Assembly (NCBI GenBank): GCA_951406725.2
Contig: OX597837.1
Location: 44,950,001 to 45,014,000, forward strand
DNA from: Octopus vulgaris
Taxonomy: Eukaryota
Direction of reading: 5' to 3'
Length of the DNA: 64,000 bases
Shown here: positions 27,241-41,652 of the stretch, one piece after another
Numbering within the stretch: position 1 is the first letter of the stretch
Layout: each line of letters opens with the position of its first letter
Translations under genes and position numbers: made by a program
Notes under the pieces: generated by a model
What the model was told of the DNA's origin: nothing
Database searches by the model: none
Seen by the model: only the letters and a program-made list of their open reading frames with translations

Positions 27241-28363
27241 TATATACTTCAACTATGGGAGATTTAGCAGCTATTTCTAGTCGGGTAAGCGTTCACGTGT
27301 TGACATTTCCATCGGCAACCTAAAGCTGTACTTTGTTTCGGGTAGATCGCATCCGCATATACAATATTGTGCAAACGTACATGTACACAAACTCAATTTA
27401 ATTTTAAAAATTTTTTTGGTGGAGAGATCATTCATAATTCAAAGACAACCAGAAGCTTGGTTCCAATTGATAAATTGTTGCATTCTTGTATTAACAGTCG
27501 AAAAATGATTTAGATTAAACATTTCTTTCTTAATCAAATTTATCTAATTCGAAAATAGTAATTTTTACAATAATTAATGAATTATTTTGCTATGGCATCG
27601 GCAATATCAAATATCTTTAAATAATTGATTTTTTGGAATCATATATTTGCATTAACATATTAATGTAATTAAGAACATCAATAATTAAGAATATTAATAG
27701 CATTAACTTGGTGTATCAGCTTGTATCAACTATCTTTAGGCGTTATGTGTAAATTAATTTTAATTTCAAAGTAACCCGAGGCCTAAACCTGCTTCGTCTA
27801 TTCTTTCTGTTCTGTATCAGTGACCTTGTTACATTCTATTATATTCCATTTTCTAACGCTTCCTGCATCTAGAGAACAATTTAGCCATGATTATAAGCAT
27901 GTAGAATTGCATTAGGCACAAGCATTGCTGTGTGGTTAAGGATTTTGCTTTGCAAATCAACGCGGCTCTGTGTTCGATCTCAATGTACGGCTCTTCAAGA
28001 AAAAAATGTTTTAATGAATGATAACATTGTTGCAGGAATGCACGCACCACATGTACTCCAGCAGTTCTATGCTTAGCTTCAATATTGAAACTGAAAGACA
28101 GGGGTGAATTATGCCTACCTAATCTACAAAAATATAAAATATATTGCATTTCATAGATAGTAATCAGAGTAACCGTCACAATTTTATTGAATTAGGGGCA
28201 TATTTTGCCATTAAAGGGAAATGTTACTATCGATCTATTTCATTTAGAGCAGGCACTGCCTACCTTGCCTACCCAGACGGCACGTCCCTGGTATGTATGT
28301 ATGTATGTATGTATGTATGTATGTATGTATGTATGTATGTATGTATGTATGTATGTATGTATG

Positions 28364-28394
<31 letters not shown>

Positions 28395-28931
28395 CAGGAC
28401 TCCACTTCAGACCTAAATAACCTAGCAAGCAGTGTCTTCAATGACAATGGTTGGCCGAAATAACGTTTGAAGTTGTGAAGGAGGGCAACACAAACCGGAT
28501 TGTCTACGAAGTGACCACTCAACATTAATTTGAGTCAATTGTAGTTTCTTGCAATTACTTGATACTCTCTTTCGCATTCTGCGAGTGCAGCAGAGGACAG
28601 AAGAAAAAACAGATGAGATACTCATCATCGTCATTTTCTCCTGCTAACCTTCAACATTCTATTATTTCATTTCATTGAAAACTACAACAGCAATGGAATA
28701 AGGATGACAGAAACTGTATTTTGACCAATCTAGATGTGTGGAATTCGTGAGCGCACCAAGTTCAAACTGTGATTCGAATAATCAGCTTATGGCTTAGACG
28801 TCATGGTTTGGTGATCACGTTAAAGATTCTTTATTTTGACCGCACATAAAGGAATGAATGTCTGGCTATATTTTGGGATGTTGGTCAAAATATAGTTCGT
28901 AAGATTCAGCCTGCTGGAGCCTATACATTTT

Positions 28932-29531
28932 TTCTTTTAATTCTTTTATTCCTTTATTCGTTTCAGTCATTTGACTACGGCCAAGCTGGAGGGCCGCCTT
29001 TAGTCGAGCAAATCGACTCCAGGACTTATTCTTTGCAAGCCTAGTACTTATTGTATCGCTCTATCTTGCCGAACCGCTAGGTGACGGGGACGTAAACACA
29101 CCAGCATCAGGTGTCAAGCGGTGTTGGGGGAACAAACACAGATATAGAAATATATACATACACACACTCACACATACACACACACACAAACATATATATA
29201 TAATAATAATAATCATATGAGGGAATATTATTATTTTGCACATTATTTAATCATCGATATATATTTAATCTTTCTATAATATGGAATTTTATAGATGGTA
29301 TAACATAATTTTTCATTATTGAATTGATAAAAGGTGGTTTTTTTCTAATTTATATATATATATATACACGATGGGCTTCTTTCAGTTTCCGTCTACCAAA
29401 TCCACTCACAAGGCTTTGGTCGGCCCGAGGCTATAGTAGAAGACACTTGCCCAAGGTGCCACGCAGTGGGACTGAACCCGGAACCATGTGGTTGGTAAGC
29501 AAGCTACTTATCACACATCCATTCCTGCGCC
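28932..29531 (-). mobile_element. SINE family A with about 150 bp of extra AT-rich sequence in the central microsatellite
   Basis: The 3' half (28932-29140) and the well-preserved 5' half (29367-29531) are collinear on the minus strand. Confidence 0.85.
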
Positions 29532-29784
29532 TATGGTGGATATTTAACGGATAAATCCATGCATTACGCCACAGTTGTCAATTGTGGAGCACGATTGTCA
29601 TTACATAAACCTGATGATTGCGTAATGCATGAAAGTACTAGTTTATTTTAGTATTTCAAAATTGTAAAAATTGCAAATAATAAAACGTGAAAATCAGACT
29701 AATTTGGAATTTCATTGATATATGTGTGTATGTGTATGTCTGTGTGTGTGCGTGCGCGTGCATGTATGTGTGTGTGTTGGGTGT

Positions 29785-29990
29785 TTTTGTATTTGTGTTT
29801 ATCCCCACCACCGCTTGACAACCGGTGTTAGTGTATTTACGTCCCCGTAACCTAGCAGTTCGGCAATACTAACAAATAGAATAAGTACTAAGCTTTTAAA
29901 AAGAACTGGGGTCGACTCATCCGTCTAAAAGATCTTCATGACGGTGCCCCAGTATGGCCGCTGTGTAATAGCTGAAACAAGTAAAAAGGT
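29785..29990 (+). mobile_element. Family A 3' half (older variant)
   Basis: CCGCTTGACAACCGGTGTT...TTTACGTCCCCGTAAC...GCTGAAACAAGTAAAA. Confidence 0.8.
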
Positions 29991-31095
29991 ATAAATAATG
30001 CTTATAGTTATCCTTTTTGGCACTTCGTTTGTTTGTTTCTGCGTGTGGTATGCGCGTGTGTGTATGTGTGTATGTATGTGTATGTGCATGTGTGTGGTTC
30101 TATATGTCTTTCAATATACAGACAACGCAACACAGACTTCACACAGACTCGAACTTTGAGCAATTCATGAAGGTACGTGTATGACGAACAAATATTTTTA
30201 ACCGGCAGCGTAGCGACGGATGCGACTTCGTTGATAACAAAAACGACCGACATTGCAAAAATACCGCTTTCGTTGTCATAAAATCAGAAGCACCGATGCA
30301 AGTCAGCAATTACATTCAGAAATTTAGAAAACAAACCAGGCGAGAGGTTTACTGCAGAATAAACAAACCGTTATTTACAAGGCTGAAACCCAATTTCTGC
30401 TGTATACCTGTCCGTTGGTCAGGTGTGCCAACAACAACAACAACAACGACGACGACGACGACGAAGGAGAAATCCGGAAACTCGTTCAACAGATTCACTA
30501 GAAAGGGAATGCTGACTTAATTTCATATCAATGGGGAAAAAAAATACTCGAAAAACTGGTTATTAGAAGTTTGGATGAGTAAAGGCTTTATTATCGTAAT
30601 GTAGTTACATAATCATTCCCATAGTAAATACTTCTTCGACAAACACATCTATTCAAAGTTCCAGGTTTGCGCCTAACTAAATTTCAATTGTCTGCTGTAC
30701 GGCAAACTGCGTATTGCATTGTGGGATTTCAATCGCTCCAACAAACATTGAACTTTCGAATAACCTGTCTTAGTAAATAAAGCTAAAAAACCGAAACTTT
30801 AAGCCAAATATTGAATTAGCATGCTTCAGTTATTACAGGGGCAAATCTCCTGAGCGCTTTGTTTCCAATTCCTCGGTGCTTATCCTGTAAGTGTGCGTTT
30901 TAAAATTCGATTTTTATATTCTTCTGCAGGTTTACTTGAAAATTTTCATCAATAGATTTCTCAACTTTATATACTAAAATTATACACCGCCTCAACACTC
31001 ACAAAGCATTGGTGGGTGCGTGGCTTTATTAGAAGTGGCCTTGCGTGCCGAACTATCTTCAAGGTGGAAGGGTGCATCATAGAATTTATTATATA

Positions 31096-31488
31096 GGCGC
31101 AGGAGTAGCTGTGTGGTAAGTAGCTTGTTTACCAACCACACGGTTCCGGGTTCAGTCCCACTGCGTGATACCTTGGGCAAGTGTCTTCTACTATAGCCTC
31201 GGACCGACCAAAGCCTTGTGAGTGAATTCGGTAGACAGAAACTGAAAGAAGCCCGTCGTATATATATATATATGCATGTGTGTGTTTGTGTGTCTGTGTT
31301 TGTCCCCCTAGCATTGCTTGACAACCGATGCTGGTGTGTTTATGTCCCCGTTACTTAGCGGTTCGGCAAAAGAGACCGATATAATAAGTACTGGGCTTAC
31401 AAAAGAATAAGTACCGGGGTCGAGTTGCTCGATTAAAGGTGGGGCTCCAGCATGGCCGCGGTCAGATGACTGAAACAAGTAAAAGAGA
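31096..31488 (+). mobile_element. SINE family A, full length, short internal (TA)n(TG)n
   Basis: Collinear with 565-1010 over both halves. Confidence 0.92.
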
Positions 31489-31577
31489 TATGATATACAA
31501 ATAAACAAATAAATAAATGAATAAACAAGAAATGCAGATGTTATGATCGCGAACCAGTAATACATTGGGGCCACAGT

Positions 31578-31793
31578 GGCGGCAAGCTGGCAGTATCGTT
31601 AGCACGCGGGGCAAAATTCTTAGTGGAATTTCGTTCATCTTTACGTTCTGAGTTCAAATTCCATCGAAGTCTACTTTGCCTTCCTTCTTTTCGGAGTCGA
31701 TAAAATTAGTACCAGTTGAGTACTGGGGGTCGATGTTATCAACTTATCCCCTCTTCTGAAATTGCTGACTTTGTGCCAAAATTTGGAACCAAT
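31578..31793 (+). mobile_element. SINE family C monomer
   Basis: GCTGGCAGTATCGTTAGCACG...GAGTTCAAATTCC...GTCGATAAAATTAGTACCAG...TTGTGCCAAAATTTG. Confidence 0.85.
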
Positions 31794-31811
31794 ACAATGT
31801 GGCTTAGTGAG

Positions 31812-32275
31812 GTGGCGAGCCGACCAAGACGCTCTGCAGCATTTCGTTTGTATTTACGCTCTGAGTTCAAAGTCCACCGAGGTCGACTTTGCTTTTCATC
31901 ATTTTAGGTTTGATAAAATAATACCAGTTTAGCACTGGGGTTAATAGAATGTTATGTCGCAATATTACACAGTGGCTGTGTTGCAACGAAATCCTCGACG
32001 CACGTTTGGTTGCCTTCTACTCAACTCGACTCGACTCTACTACTCTGCTCTCTACTTTCCTCAGCTGTTCTCTGACGACGTCTAGACTTCTCCCTCTTTA
32101 TCTATGTATTGGGCTAAGCCTACTTCATCGTCTAGGGGCGTCCACACAACATAGAATAAGTACCATTTGAGCACAAGGGTCGATAAAATAAGTACCAGTA
32201 GAGCACTAGGGTCGATGTAATCACCTTGTCCCCTCCCTCGGAATTGCTGGCTATGTACCAAAATTCGAAGCCAGT
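31812..32275 (+). mobile_element. SINE family C interrupted by a solo LTR
   Basis: The 5' part (31812-31944) and the 3' parts (32152-32275) flank the insertion. Confidence 0.75.
31950..32151. mobile_element. Solo LTR (202 bp)
   Basis: Termini TGTTATGT...ACACAACA (7/8 inverted, TG..CA), with a perfect 5-bp TSD TAGAA at 31945-31949 and 32152-32156. Confidence 0.75.
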
Positions 32276-32771
32276 ATAATGCGGCTGACTAAATCAACAA
32301 GAGATTCGTTGTAGGAAATTTCGTATCAGTTTTAGTTAAGGATAATTAACTTCCTAGGTTTATACTTTACTAGTTTGTATTGTATTTACTATTTTTCCTT
32401 TCAACGATCAATTTCAATTAATTTTGTCTTTGCTTTATAAATTTCACAATTTATTGAACACTTAGAACGACCGCATCATTATCCACTACTCTCGCTCTCT
32501 CTCTCCCCTTTCTCTCCAGCTCTGTCTCACCCTAACTCTCCTTCTGCTTCGCTCTTATTCGTAATTGACTAAATTATTTATTCTCGTTGTTACCTGGGCG
32601 TTCATAAAATGTTGATGTTGATGCTGTTCTTGTAATCATTCATTCTCTAATTATCAAAAGCCAGCCAAACTGATCCACTCAATTGCTATCATGTTACACA
32701 AGCCGTCCTGCTTGTATTTGTCTAGGCAGCTTTCTTATACACACACAGAGACACACATACACACACACACA

Positions 32772-32825
<54 letters not shown>

Positions 32826-32828
<3 letters not shown>

Positions 32829-32984
32829 AGCGGCTGTGTGGTAAGTAGCTTGATTACCAACCACATGGTTCCGGGTTCAGTCCACTGCGTGGCATCTTGG
32901 GCAAGTGTCTTCTGCTATAGCCTCGGGCCGACCAAAGCCTTGTGAGTGGATTTGGCAGACGGAAACTGAAAGAAGCCCATCGTG

Positions 32985-33017
<33 letters not shown>

Positions 33018-33108
33018 GCTTGTGTGTGTTTGTGTGTCTGTGTTTGTCCCCGTAGCATTGCTTGACAACCGATGCTGGTGTGTTCATGTCCCCGTCACTT
33101 AGCGGTTC
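32826..33108 (+). mobile_element. SINE family A, 3'-truncated
   Basis: Head, internal (TA)n(TG)n and the start of the 3' half up to CTTAGCGGTTC. Confidence 0.88.
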
Positions 33109-33326
33109 TCGTAGTCAGATTGAGATGGAAATAAATAATGATAACACGAATTTTAAAACGAAAAAACAAAAACAAATGAAGGAATGGATAAATAACGTGG
33201 AAAAATATGGAACAGAATTTCTCTGTTGCTGTGTGTGTGTGTGTGTGTGTTAGATGAAGCAGGGCTGTACTGAGAGGTGTGCAACAGGAGTCATCATGGA
33301 AAGGAACGATTAACAAGTGTAGAGGA

Positions 33327-33336
33327 TGATGATGGT

Positions 33337-33384
<48 letters not shown>

Positions 33385-33624
33385 CGACGAAGGGGACGAT
33401 GATGATGATGATGATGACGTTAAGGGGTTGATGTCGACGACGATGACGAAGACGACGACGACGATGATGATGATGATGATGACGACGATGATGACGAAGA
33501 CGACGACGATGATGATATGATGATGATGATGATGTTAGGCTGATCACGACGACGATGATAGCGACAACGACGAGGACGAAGATGACAATGATTATGATCA
33601 TGCCGACAATGGTGATGATGATGA

Positions 33625-33715
<91 letters not shown>

Positions 33716-33810
33716 CGATGATGATGATGATGACGACGACTACAATGAAGATGCTGATGACAACGACGACGACGACGATGACGGTAATGATGATGATGAT
33801 GATGATGATG
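33327..33810. repeat. (GAT/GAC)n microsatellite region
   Basis: Read directly from the sequence. Confidence 0.95.
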
Positions 33811-34707
33811 AGTGATGAGGAATGACAAATGAGATACCTAATAAGAAAGTCATCAATCAATGGCAACTCTGATTTAGTTTCGTGGCTCCGACGAAGAGAC
33901 TCCCGGAAGCACCACCTCGACGGCGGCGGCGGCAACATCGACAAGGGTGGGCGTCGCTTCTGCAATTTAACTGCGTGATTTCGTTTTAATTAATTTATTT
34001 TTAACAATCAAAACACGCGAATAAACTAAAAGTACGAAAACCCGTATTGAACGACCTGACACAACTACCCTTCCACCAAGAATTTATCAGTAATTAATTG
34101 CCGGACTAACTGCATTAATGAACACATACAAAAAAAAAATAACATTTTAATTGGAACTTGAGAAAAGTCTTGCATATTTTTACTGTTCCACTGACATTAA
34201 TGAACACATACAAAAAAAAATAACGTTATAATGACAAAGCAAAATTAGCCAACACACACACACACACACATACGGATATACAGACAAATGTATGCATATA
34301 TATGTATGTATATATATATATATGTGTGTGTGTGTGTAGCATAGTAAGAACAGGGTAACGCCATTAGTAGGAGATGCTAAGAAGAGAATAAAATATTGCA
34401 CCTGAATAAATTAAGAGAAGTTAAATTAAAAGAAGTTGAAAACAAGCAACGAAAGGGTGAAAAGGTGGAAATATTTTGGTTTTAGAAAAGTTTTTTTTTT
34501 AGCCATGTCGCCTGTGTTACACCAACACACCATGTATGTATGTATGTATGTATGTATGTATGTATTATGCATGTATGTATGTATTATGCATGTATGTATG
34601 TATTATGTATGTATGTATGCAAGTATGTATGCATGTATGTATTTATGTATGTATATATGTATGTATGTGTGTATGTATGTATGTATGTATGTATGTATGT
34701 ATGTATG

Positions 34708-35058
34708 ACATTATTGAGTTTATTTCTACATTTCTTGCCCAGAGGAGAAAGAGCCGGTTTCTAACCTAAATCCAATGTTCTTTCATTCGAATTTCAACAT
34801 CCACAGCAGTGTCTTTTCTTTATATGTATGTATGCCTCTTCTATTTGATAATCATTATAAATACTCCACTGAGGAGGAAACCGGTTTCCAAGAAAGATAC
34901 AATGCTCCATTTTTGGTATGTAGTTAACACAGACAAATTCACATTTGGAACTTGAGAAAAGTCTTGCATATTTTTACTGTTCCACTCACAGATTGCAGTT
35001 GTAATGTACGAATTAGCCGGTCGATTTCTCTTTCTGAAAATCCGCGTTTGTTTGGTGC
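34708..35058 (-). mobile_element. 3' ends of RLE-type LINEs related to 25953-27100
   Basis: Minus frame GFSEREIDRLIRTLQLQSVSGTVKICKTFLKFQM* parallels GFSKPERRKLFRRLQIQSITGIVKICKTFPKFII*. The segment 34708-34810 matches the 3'UTR (TTAGAAACCGG.TCTTTCTC...AAGAAAT...AATAATG) and runs into (CATA)n. Confidence 0.8.
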
Positions 35059-35072
35059 GTGTTCCTGTGTGT

Positions 35073-35145
<73 letters not shown>

Positions 35146-35249
35146 TATGTGTGCGGGATTGTGTTTGTATGCGTGTCTGTGTGCCCTTTGAATATATCTG
35201 AATATGCGCATAAATGTGTCCACTATATTCAACAATAGTCTTAAATTTA

Positions 35250-35270
35250 CATCATCATCATCATCATTAC

Positions 35271-35303
<33 letters not shown>

Positions 35304-35440
35304 TTTCATCATATTCATCATTATCATCACCATCACTTCACCTTCAGCATAATCATTGTCACCATCATCATCATCATCATCCTCTTCGCCATCATCACCA
35401 CCGCCATCATCAACATCATCTCCATCATCATCTCCATCAT

Positions 35441-35478
<38 letters not shown>

Positions 35479-35489
35479 CCACCACCACT

Positions 35490-35520
<31 letters not shown>

Positions 35521-35594
35521 CCATCACCATCATCATCATCATCATAATCATCATCATTACCACCACCATCATCATCATCATCGTCATCATCATC

Positions 35595-35626
<32 letters not shown>

Positions 35627-35686
35627 CATCATAATCATCATCATTACCACCACCATCATCATCATCATCGTCATCATAATCATCAT

Positions 35687-35718
<32 letters not shown>

Positions 35719-35748
35719 TTACCACCACCATCATCATTATCATCGTCG

Positions 35749-35788
<40 letters not shown>

Positions 35789-35817
35789 TACCACCACCAT
35801 CATCATTATCATCGTCG

Positions 35818-35871
<54 letters not shown>

Positions 35872-35950
35872 CCACCACATCATCATCATCGTCATCATCA
35901 TCATCATCATCATCATCGTCGTCGTCGTCGTCGCCGTCATCATCATCACA
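35250..35950. repeat. (CAT/CAC)n microsatellite region
   Basis: Read directly from the sequence. Confidence 0.95.
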
Positions 35951-36476
35951 GTACTCATCATATACTCGAGTGATATTGTACAGGTGTGTTAAAAGCAGCC
36001 GCTAAATTCTTCCCCCCACCACCACCACCACACTTGACACCACACCACACTGTCTGAAGCAATGCATTAGTTTTTTTTTTCGTTTTTTTCATCCCCCCCC
36101 CCTCGTTGGTACTTTACCGAAATCAAATAACGAAACCGATGATCGGAGCACCCTTCGTGTGCCGGTGCCTCAATCGAAATTGACCTCAGCTAAACAGTAA
36201 CAAAGGCAGGAACACCTACAATACTCCAATATCACCTTAGCTTAGCATCGGCATTATTATTTACCATTATCTATTATCAAGAACGAACATTCTTCAACTT
36301 TCATGATTGCATCGTAGCATGAATTAACCGGCAAAAACCATTTAACTCGCGCTTTCTAATAACAAATTATAAAGTCTTTTTGCACAATTAGAAGAATAAA
36401 AAAATAAATAAATAAATAAATAAATACTAGCAAAATGTCACGACAAAACAGCAACGGTAACAACAACAACAACAAC

Positions 36477-36479
<3 letters not shown>

Positions 36480-36547
<68 letters not shown>

Positions 36548-36705
36548 GTAATAATAATGATAATAATAATAATAATAATGATGATAATAATAATGATGAT
36601 AATAATAATAATAATAAACATAATAATGATGATGATGATGATGATGATGATGATGTTGATGATGATGATAATGATGATGATAATAATAAGAATAATAATA
36701 ATGAA

Positions 36706-36738
<33 letters not shown>

Positions 36739-36753
36739 AATAATAATGATAAA

Positions 36754-36816
<63 letters not shown>

Positions 36817-36820
36817 GATG

Positions 36821-36887
<67 letters not shown>

Positions 36888-36943
36888 TCATAATAATAAT
36901 AATAATCATAATAATAATAATGATAATGATGGTGATAATAATG

Positions 36944-37013
<70 letters not shown>

Positions 37014-37030
37014 CAATGATAATGATGATG
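36480..37030. repeat. (AAT/GAT)n microsatellite region
   Basis: Read directly from the sequence. Confidence 0.95.
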
Positions 37031-37391
37031 AGGAGGAGGCGGAGGGGTGGAGAAGGAGAAGGAAGATGGGGGATGACGATACAATATAGCAGTTTTTAAG
37101 AAATATGTAGAATTGTATTGCCTATATTAAACATCTACAACAAAATAAAAAAAAATAAAAGTATAATTAAAGTATTTATAATTAATTTCCTTTGTGAAAC
37201 CTCAATAATAATTAGCGATTATTCGTAAAATGAAACAATAATTTTTGTGCCAAAATTCAATAAATTTATTTTCCCTGTCAATGATTAATTACGGAAACAT
37301 ATTAGAAAACATGAATTTATCGCATTGTGTTGACTGTTTTATAATTGGTTGTTAAATATACATACTTACAAACACACACACACATGCATAC

Positions 37392-37452
<61 letters not shown>

Positions 37453-37463
37453 TATATAAATAC

Positions 37464-37513
<50 letters not shown>

Positions 37514-37565
37514 CTATATGTATACATATATATAGAAATACAATAAGAGGCTTCCAAATACGTTT

Positions 37566-37629
<64 letters not shown>

Positions 37630-37739
37630 CTATGTATACACACATATGTATATATCTACATGCATGTGTGTGTATGTATATATATATATATATTGTATTA
37701 TACACAAATATACATATATATGTAAGTATATATATATAA

Positions 37740-37798
<59 letters not shown>

Positions 37799-38139
37799 AT
37801 GATATAATGTATATGTGTGTAGGCATGTAGGTACGATATGCATATAGATTTGCACATATATATATGTGCGTATGTGTTTATGTTTGTGTGCGTTTGTGTT
37901 CGTATGTAGGCAGATATAATGATATAGGTGCGCGCACACATATACCTATAAACAAACATATGCAAGTACACACACAGACATATTTTACGAGAGAAAGTAT
38001 ATACATTTAACATTTATTTCGTGTGAAGCAAGCGATTAACTACGTTGCTATTCATTTTATATCGCTGCAGGCAACAAATATATATACATCTATTCGTGTT
38101 TTATGTTTTTGCGTATGTTTTTACATGTGTGTGTGTGTG

Positions 38140-38204
<65 letters not shown>

Positions 38205-38789
38205 CTGTGTGTGTGTACGTAGAAGAAGGAGAGAAAGTGTCTGTTATTAAACGAACAGTCTTGTATTTTCTGCGTATTTAGCTCAACAAAAGCTAGTTAA
38301 TCTTTGTGAATCATTTGAATGCTGAGTCGTTACGCTTACGATCTGATAGCGAAACGCATTTAGAAAACAAGGCCAGCTCTCTTTCGATATCACGCTCAGC
38401 TGTTTTCACACCTTTATCCACAACATGGCGTTAAGTGATGATCATTCTAATTGGTTGATGCTCAAGTCGAATATATATATTTCTGGTTTAATCACTGACT
38501 ATAAGACCTTATCCTACGAACCCTTTGCATGGCGTCGGAGACTTATCGGTGAAAAGATGAAAAATATCCATGACTCATAGACAAGACGTGGTACATCACG
38601 ATTATTGATAGGTGACTTGGATTGAATGGAAAGCTTAGGGTAGTGATATTAAATCAAAATTAACAACCGTTACTAGGAAATTACGAGAGGTTTCTGTACA
38701 CTTCCCTTCATTCTAGGTACACTGTCAACACTTCTGTTGACCCGAATTTAGGGTAGAAAACAATACTTGTGATAGAGTACCGTCTAGAT

Positions 38790-39061
38790 CAGGAGATCTC
38801 AACCAGGGTCGGTATGAGCCTTATGAGTCTATACATGATTTAGTTGTTAAAATGTATGAGCAATAAATTAGTTGTACTTCTACAATGTACCAAATATATT
38901 TTAACAATCTTTTTAATACAATTTCTAATATTTCATTATAGAAATATAAGGGTTTTGTTTTTAAAAAATCTCCAAATGGCCATGGGGGTTCGGTAAAGTA
39001 AAATAGGAATCAGCGGGGTCCAATTATTAATAAAAAAACAAAAGACGGTTGAGAACAAATG
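38790..39061. mobile_element. hAT/Charlie-type MITE (old)
   Basis: Termini CAGGAGATCTCAACC / GGTTGAGAACAAATG, with an 8-bp TSD GTCTAGAT/GTGTAGAT (7/8) fitting the NTCTAGAN target. Confidence 0.8.
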
Positions 39062-39618
39062 GTGTAGATGGATTGAAACCGGAACTTGAACTTCTTAACT
39101 CCGCTACGCATGATTATATTCTGTGATGAAATATCAGAATTTCAACGAGATCAACTTCAAACTTTCTCACTACACTGAAGGCATTGTCTGTATCTTAACT
39201 CACGAAATCATAAACCTTTCTGAACAACAGAATCCCTCACCATTTCAACCACAGACATTCAATATAGCAAATTTCGCGGCTCCAGAAGGTCCAGATATTA
39301 TTTAAACTCCTTACGACTACTGAATGTTTTAGAATGCAAGCGTACCTCAGCACACTCTTTAGAGTAAGTCATGTTTTCAACGGGCTACTGCCACAAAATA
39401 CATAAACAGTTAATTCCTAATTCCAAATCCAGCCAATATGCAAGCCACAGAGCAATTGTCTGATCTGCTAGAACAAAGAATTAGATTTGTCCTGGGTGTG
39501 TCATCATGCCAATAATAATAATAACACACGTGCAGGTTCAAATACACTTCTGTATTAATTGTCAATTGGTTAAATGTTTATTCAACTAATTCATCGATCG
39601 TTTAATTCGCTGGTTAAA

Positions 39619-39832
39619 CAACCTTTCTAATATAGTCACAAGGTCTGAAATTTGGTGGGGGAAGGGGACTAGTCGATTACATCGACCCCAGTGCATAACT
39701 GATACTTAATTTATCGACCCCGAAAGGATGAAAGGCAAAGTTACCCTCGGCGGAATTTGAACTTAGAACGTAGCGATGGGTGAAATACCGCTAAGTATTT
39801 CGTCCAACGCGTAAACGATTATGCCAGCTCAC
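39619..39832 (-). mobile_element. SINE family C monomer
   Basis: GTCGATTACATCGACCCCAGTG...ATCGACCCCGAAAGGATGAAAGGCAAAG...GGCGGAATTTGAAC...GCCAGCT. Confidence 0.88.
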
Positions 39833-40101
39833 AATATTATTTCTATTGACATAATGACTCTCTCAAGACACATCAAAATATATTTCAACACACAAATTCA
39901 TATAAAGAATCTTGCCAACCATATACGAAATCGAAATAAGTAACTAAATCCCCGTCGTATGATATCATACAGGTTCAGAGAAGGAAGGTCACGTTTGATA
40001 GTCTACTTCTAGATACGCTGTTTCTCAAAAGAATCCTAGGTAACTCCGACCAAGCAAAAGATACAGGTTCAACATTAATTCTCTTGTTGGTTCTTTTTTT
40101 T

Positions 40102-40411
40102 TTGTTGTTGTTTGTTCCTTCTCGAGCTATGCCTGGCTCATAAGGGCCGGCTTCCGGGTTTCTTGGCGTATAGGTTCCCCACCTGAACGGGACGCCGGTC
40201 CGTCGCAGGTGAGCTGCAAGATGCAGGAGGAAAGAGTGAGAGAAAGTTGTGGCGAAAGAGTCAGCAGAAGTTCGCCATTTTCCTTCTGCCGGAGCCGCGT
40301 GGAGCTTAGGTGTTTTCGCTCATAAACACACACATCACCCGGTCTGAGTTTCGAACCCGCGATCCCTCGACCGCGAGTCCGCTGCTCTAACCACTAGGCC
40401 ATGTGCCTGCA
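40102..40411 (-). mobile_element. SINE family B subfamily with Meta-like tail
   Basis: A box TGGCCTAGTGGTTAGAGC, B box GGTTCGAAAC, body CTGCGACGGACCGGCGTCCCGTTCAGG and a (CAA)n-like tail. Near-identical to 48069-48360. Confidence 0.88.
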
Positions 40412-41189
40412 CAACGTCAATTCTCTGGACACTAACGATACGAAACCTCTTATGATCTGCGCTAATTTACGAACAGGAATTGCAAACTCCCGCGGCCGCC
40501 AGACATATTCACTTGTACGATGCTCTGACTGGTGCGTTGCACAGTGCAGAATTAATAAACATGCGTTACTTATACTAATCCTCAGGTACTTGTATTTCAT
40601 TTAGGTTTTATGTAAATTCAATATTTGCTTAATTTAGAGTGTGTCGACCAAAGTGACTATTTCTGATTTGGAAAAAACCAGCAAACCGGAAAGATTTTGG
40701 AACGAAAAGTTCCGGGAAATCGATATTGTACTACTTGTGTATCTAGGATTACGTTTCATAATGCGTCACTTCCAAGCGGTAGTGTGTGTGTGTGTGATTT
40801 GGAGTAGAATTGTCTGCTATGTTTATTGCTGGTACCAATCTCCCCCATTTTAGGAGTATTTTCAAACGTGAGAGAAACACGGTCCTCACTCGTTCAATGG
40901 AAAAACTAAAGAAATTCACACACACACACAAAAAAATGCTAGCTGAAGTTAAGTTCTGCTGAATCTCCGTGGTTTTTAGTGAATAAATCACCGGTTAATC
41001 ACCACGTTTGTAGCGTTCAGAACACGCATGTGATAGGCGGATACAGTTCGTTTCTGACATTTATCACATAATAAAAACATTCAACTAATTTGATATATTA
41101 ACACATGAGTGCATTCTAATTATTTCAACTAGTGGCCGGAAGAAATGTCTTAAAATAGGAGTATAGAAAAGGCAACATATTGGATATGA

Positions 41190-41652
<463 letters not shown>

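Noticed and set aside
33830-33965. GC-rich possible exon
   Set aside because: No recognisable domain or convincing splice-site pair, and it is contiguous with the GAT/GAC repeat.
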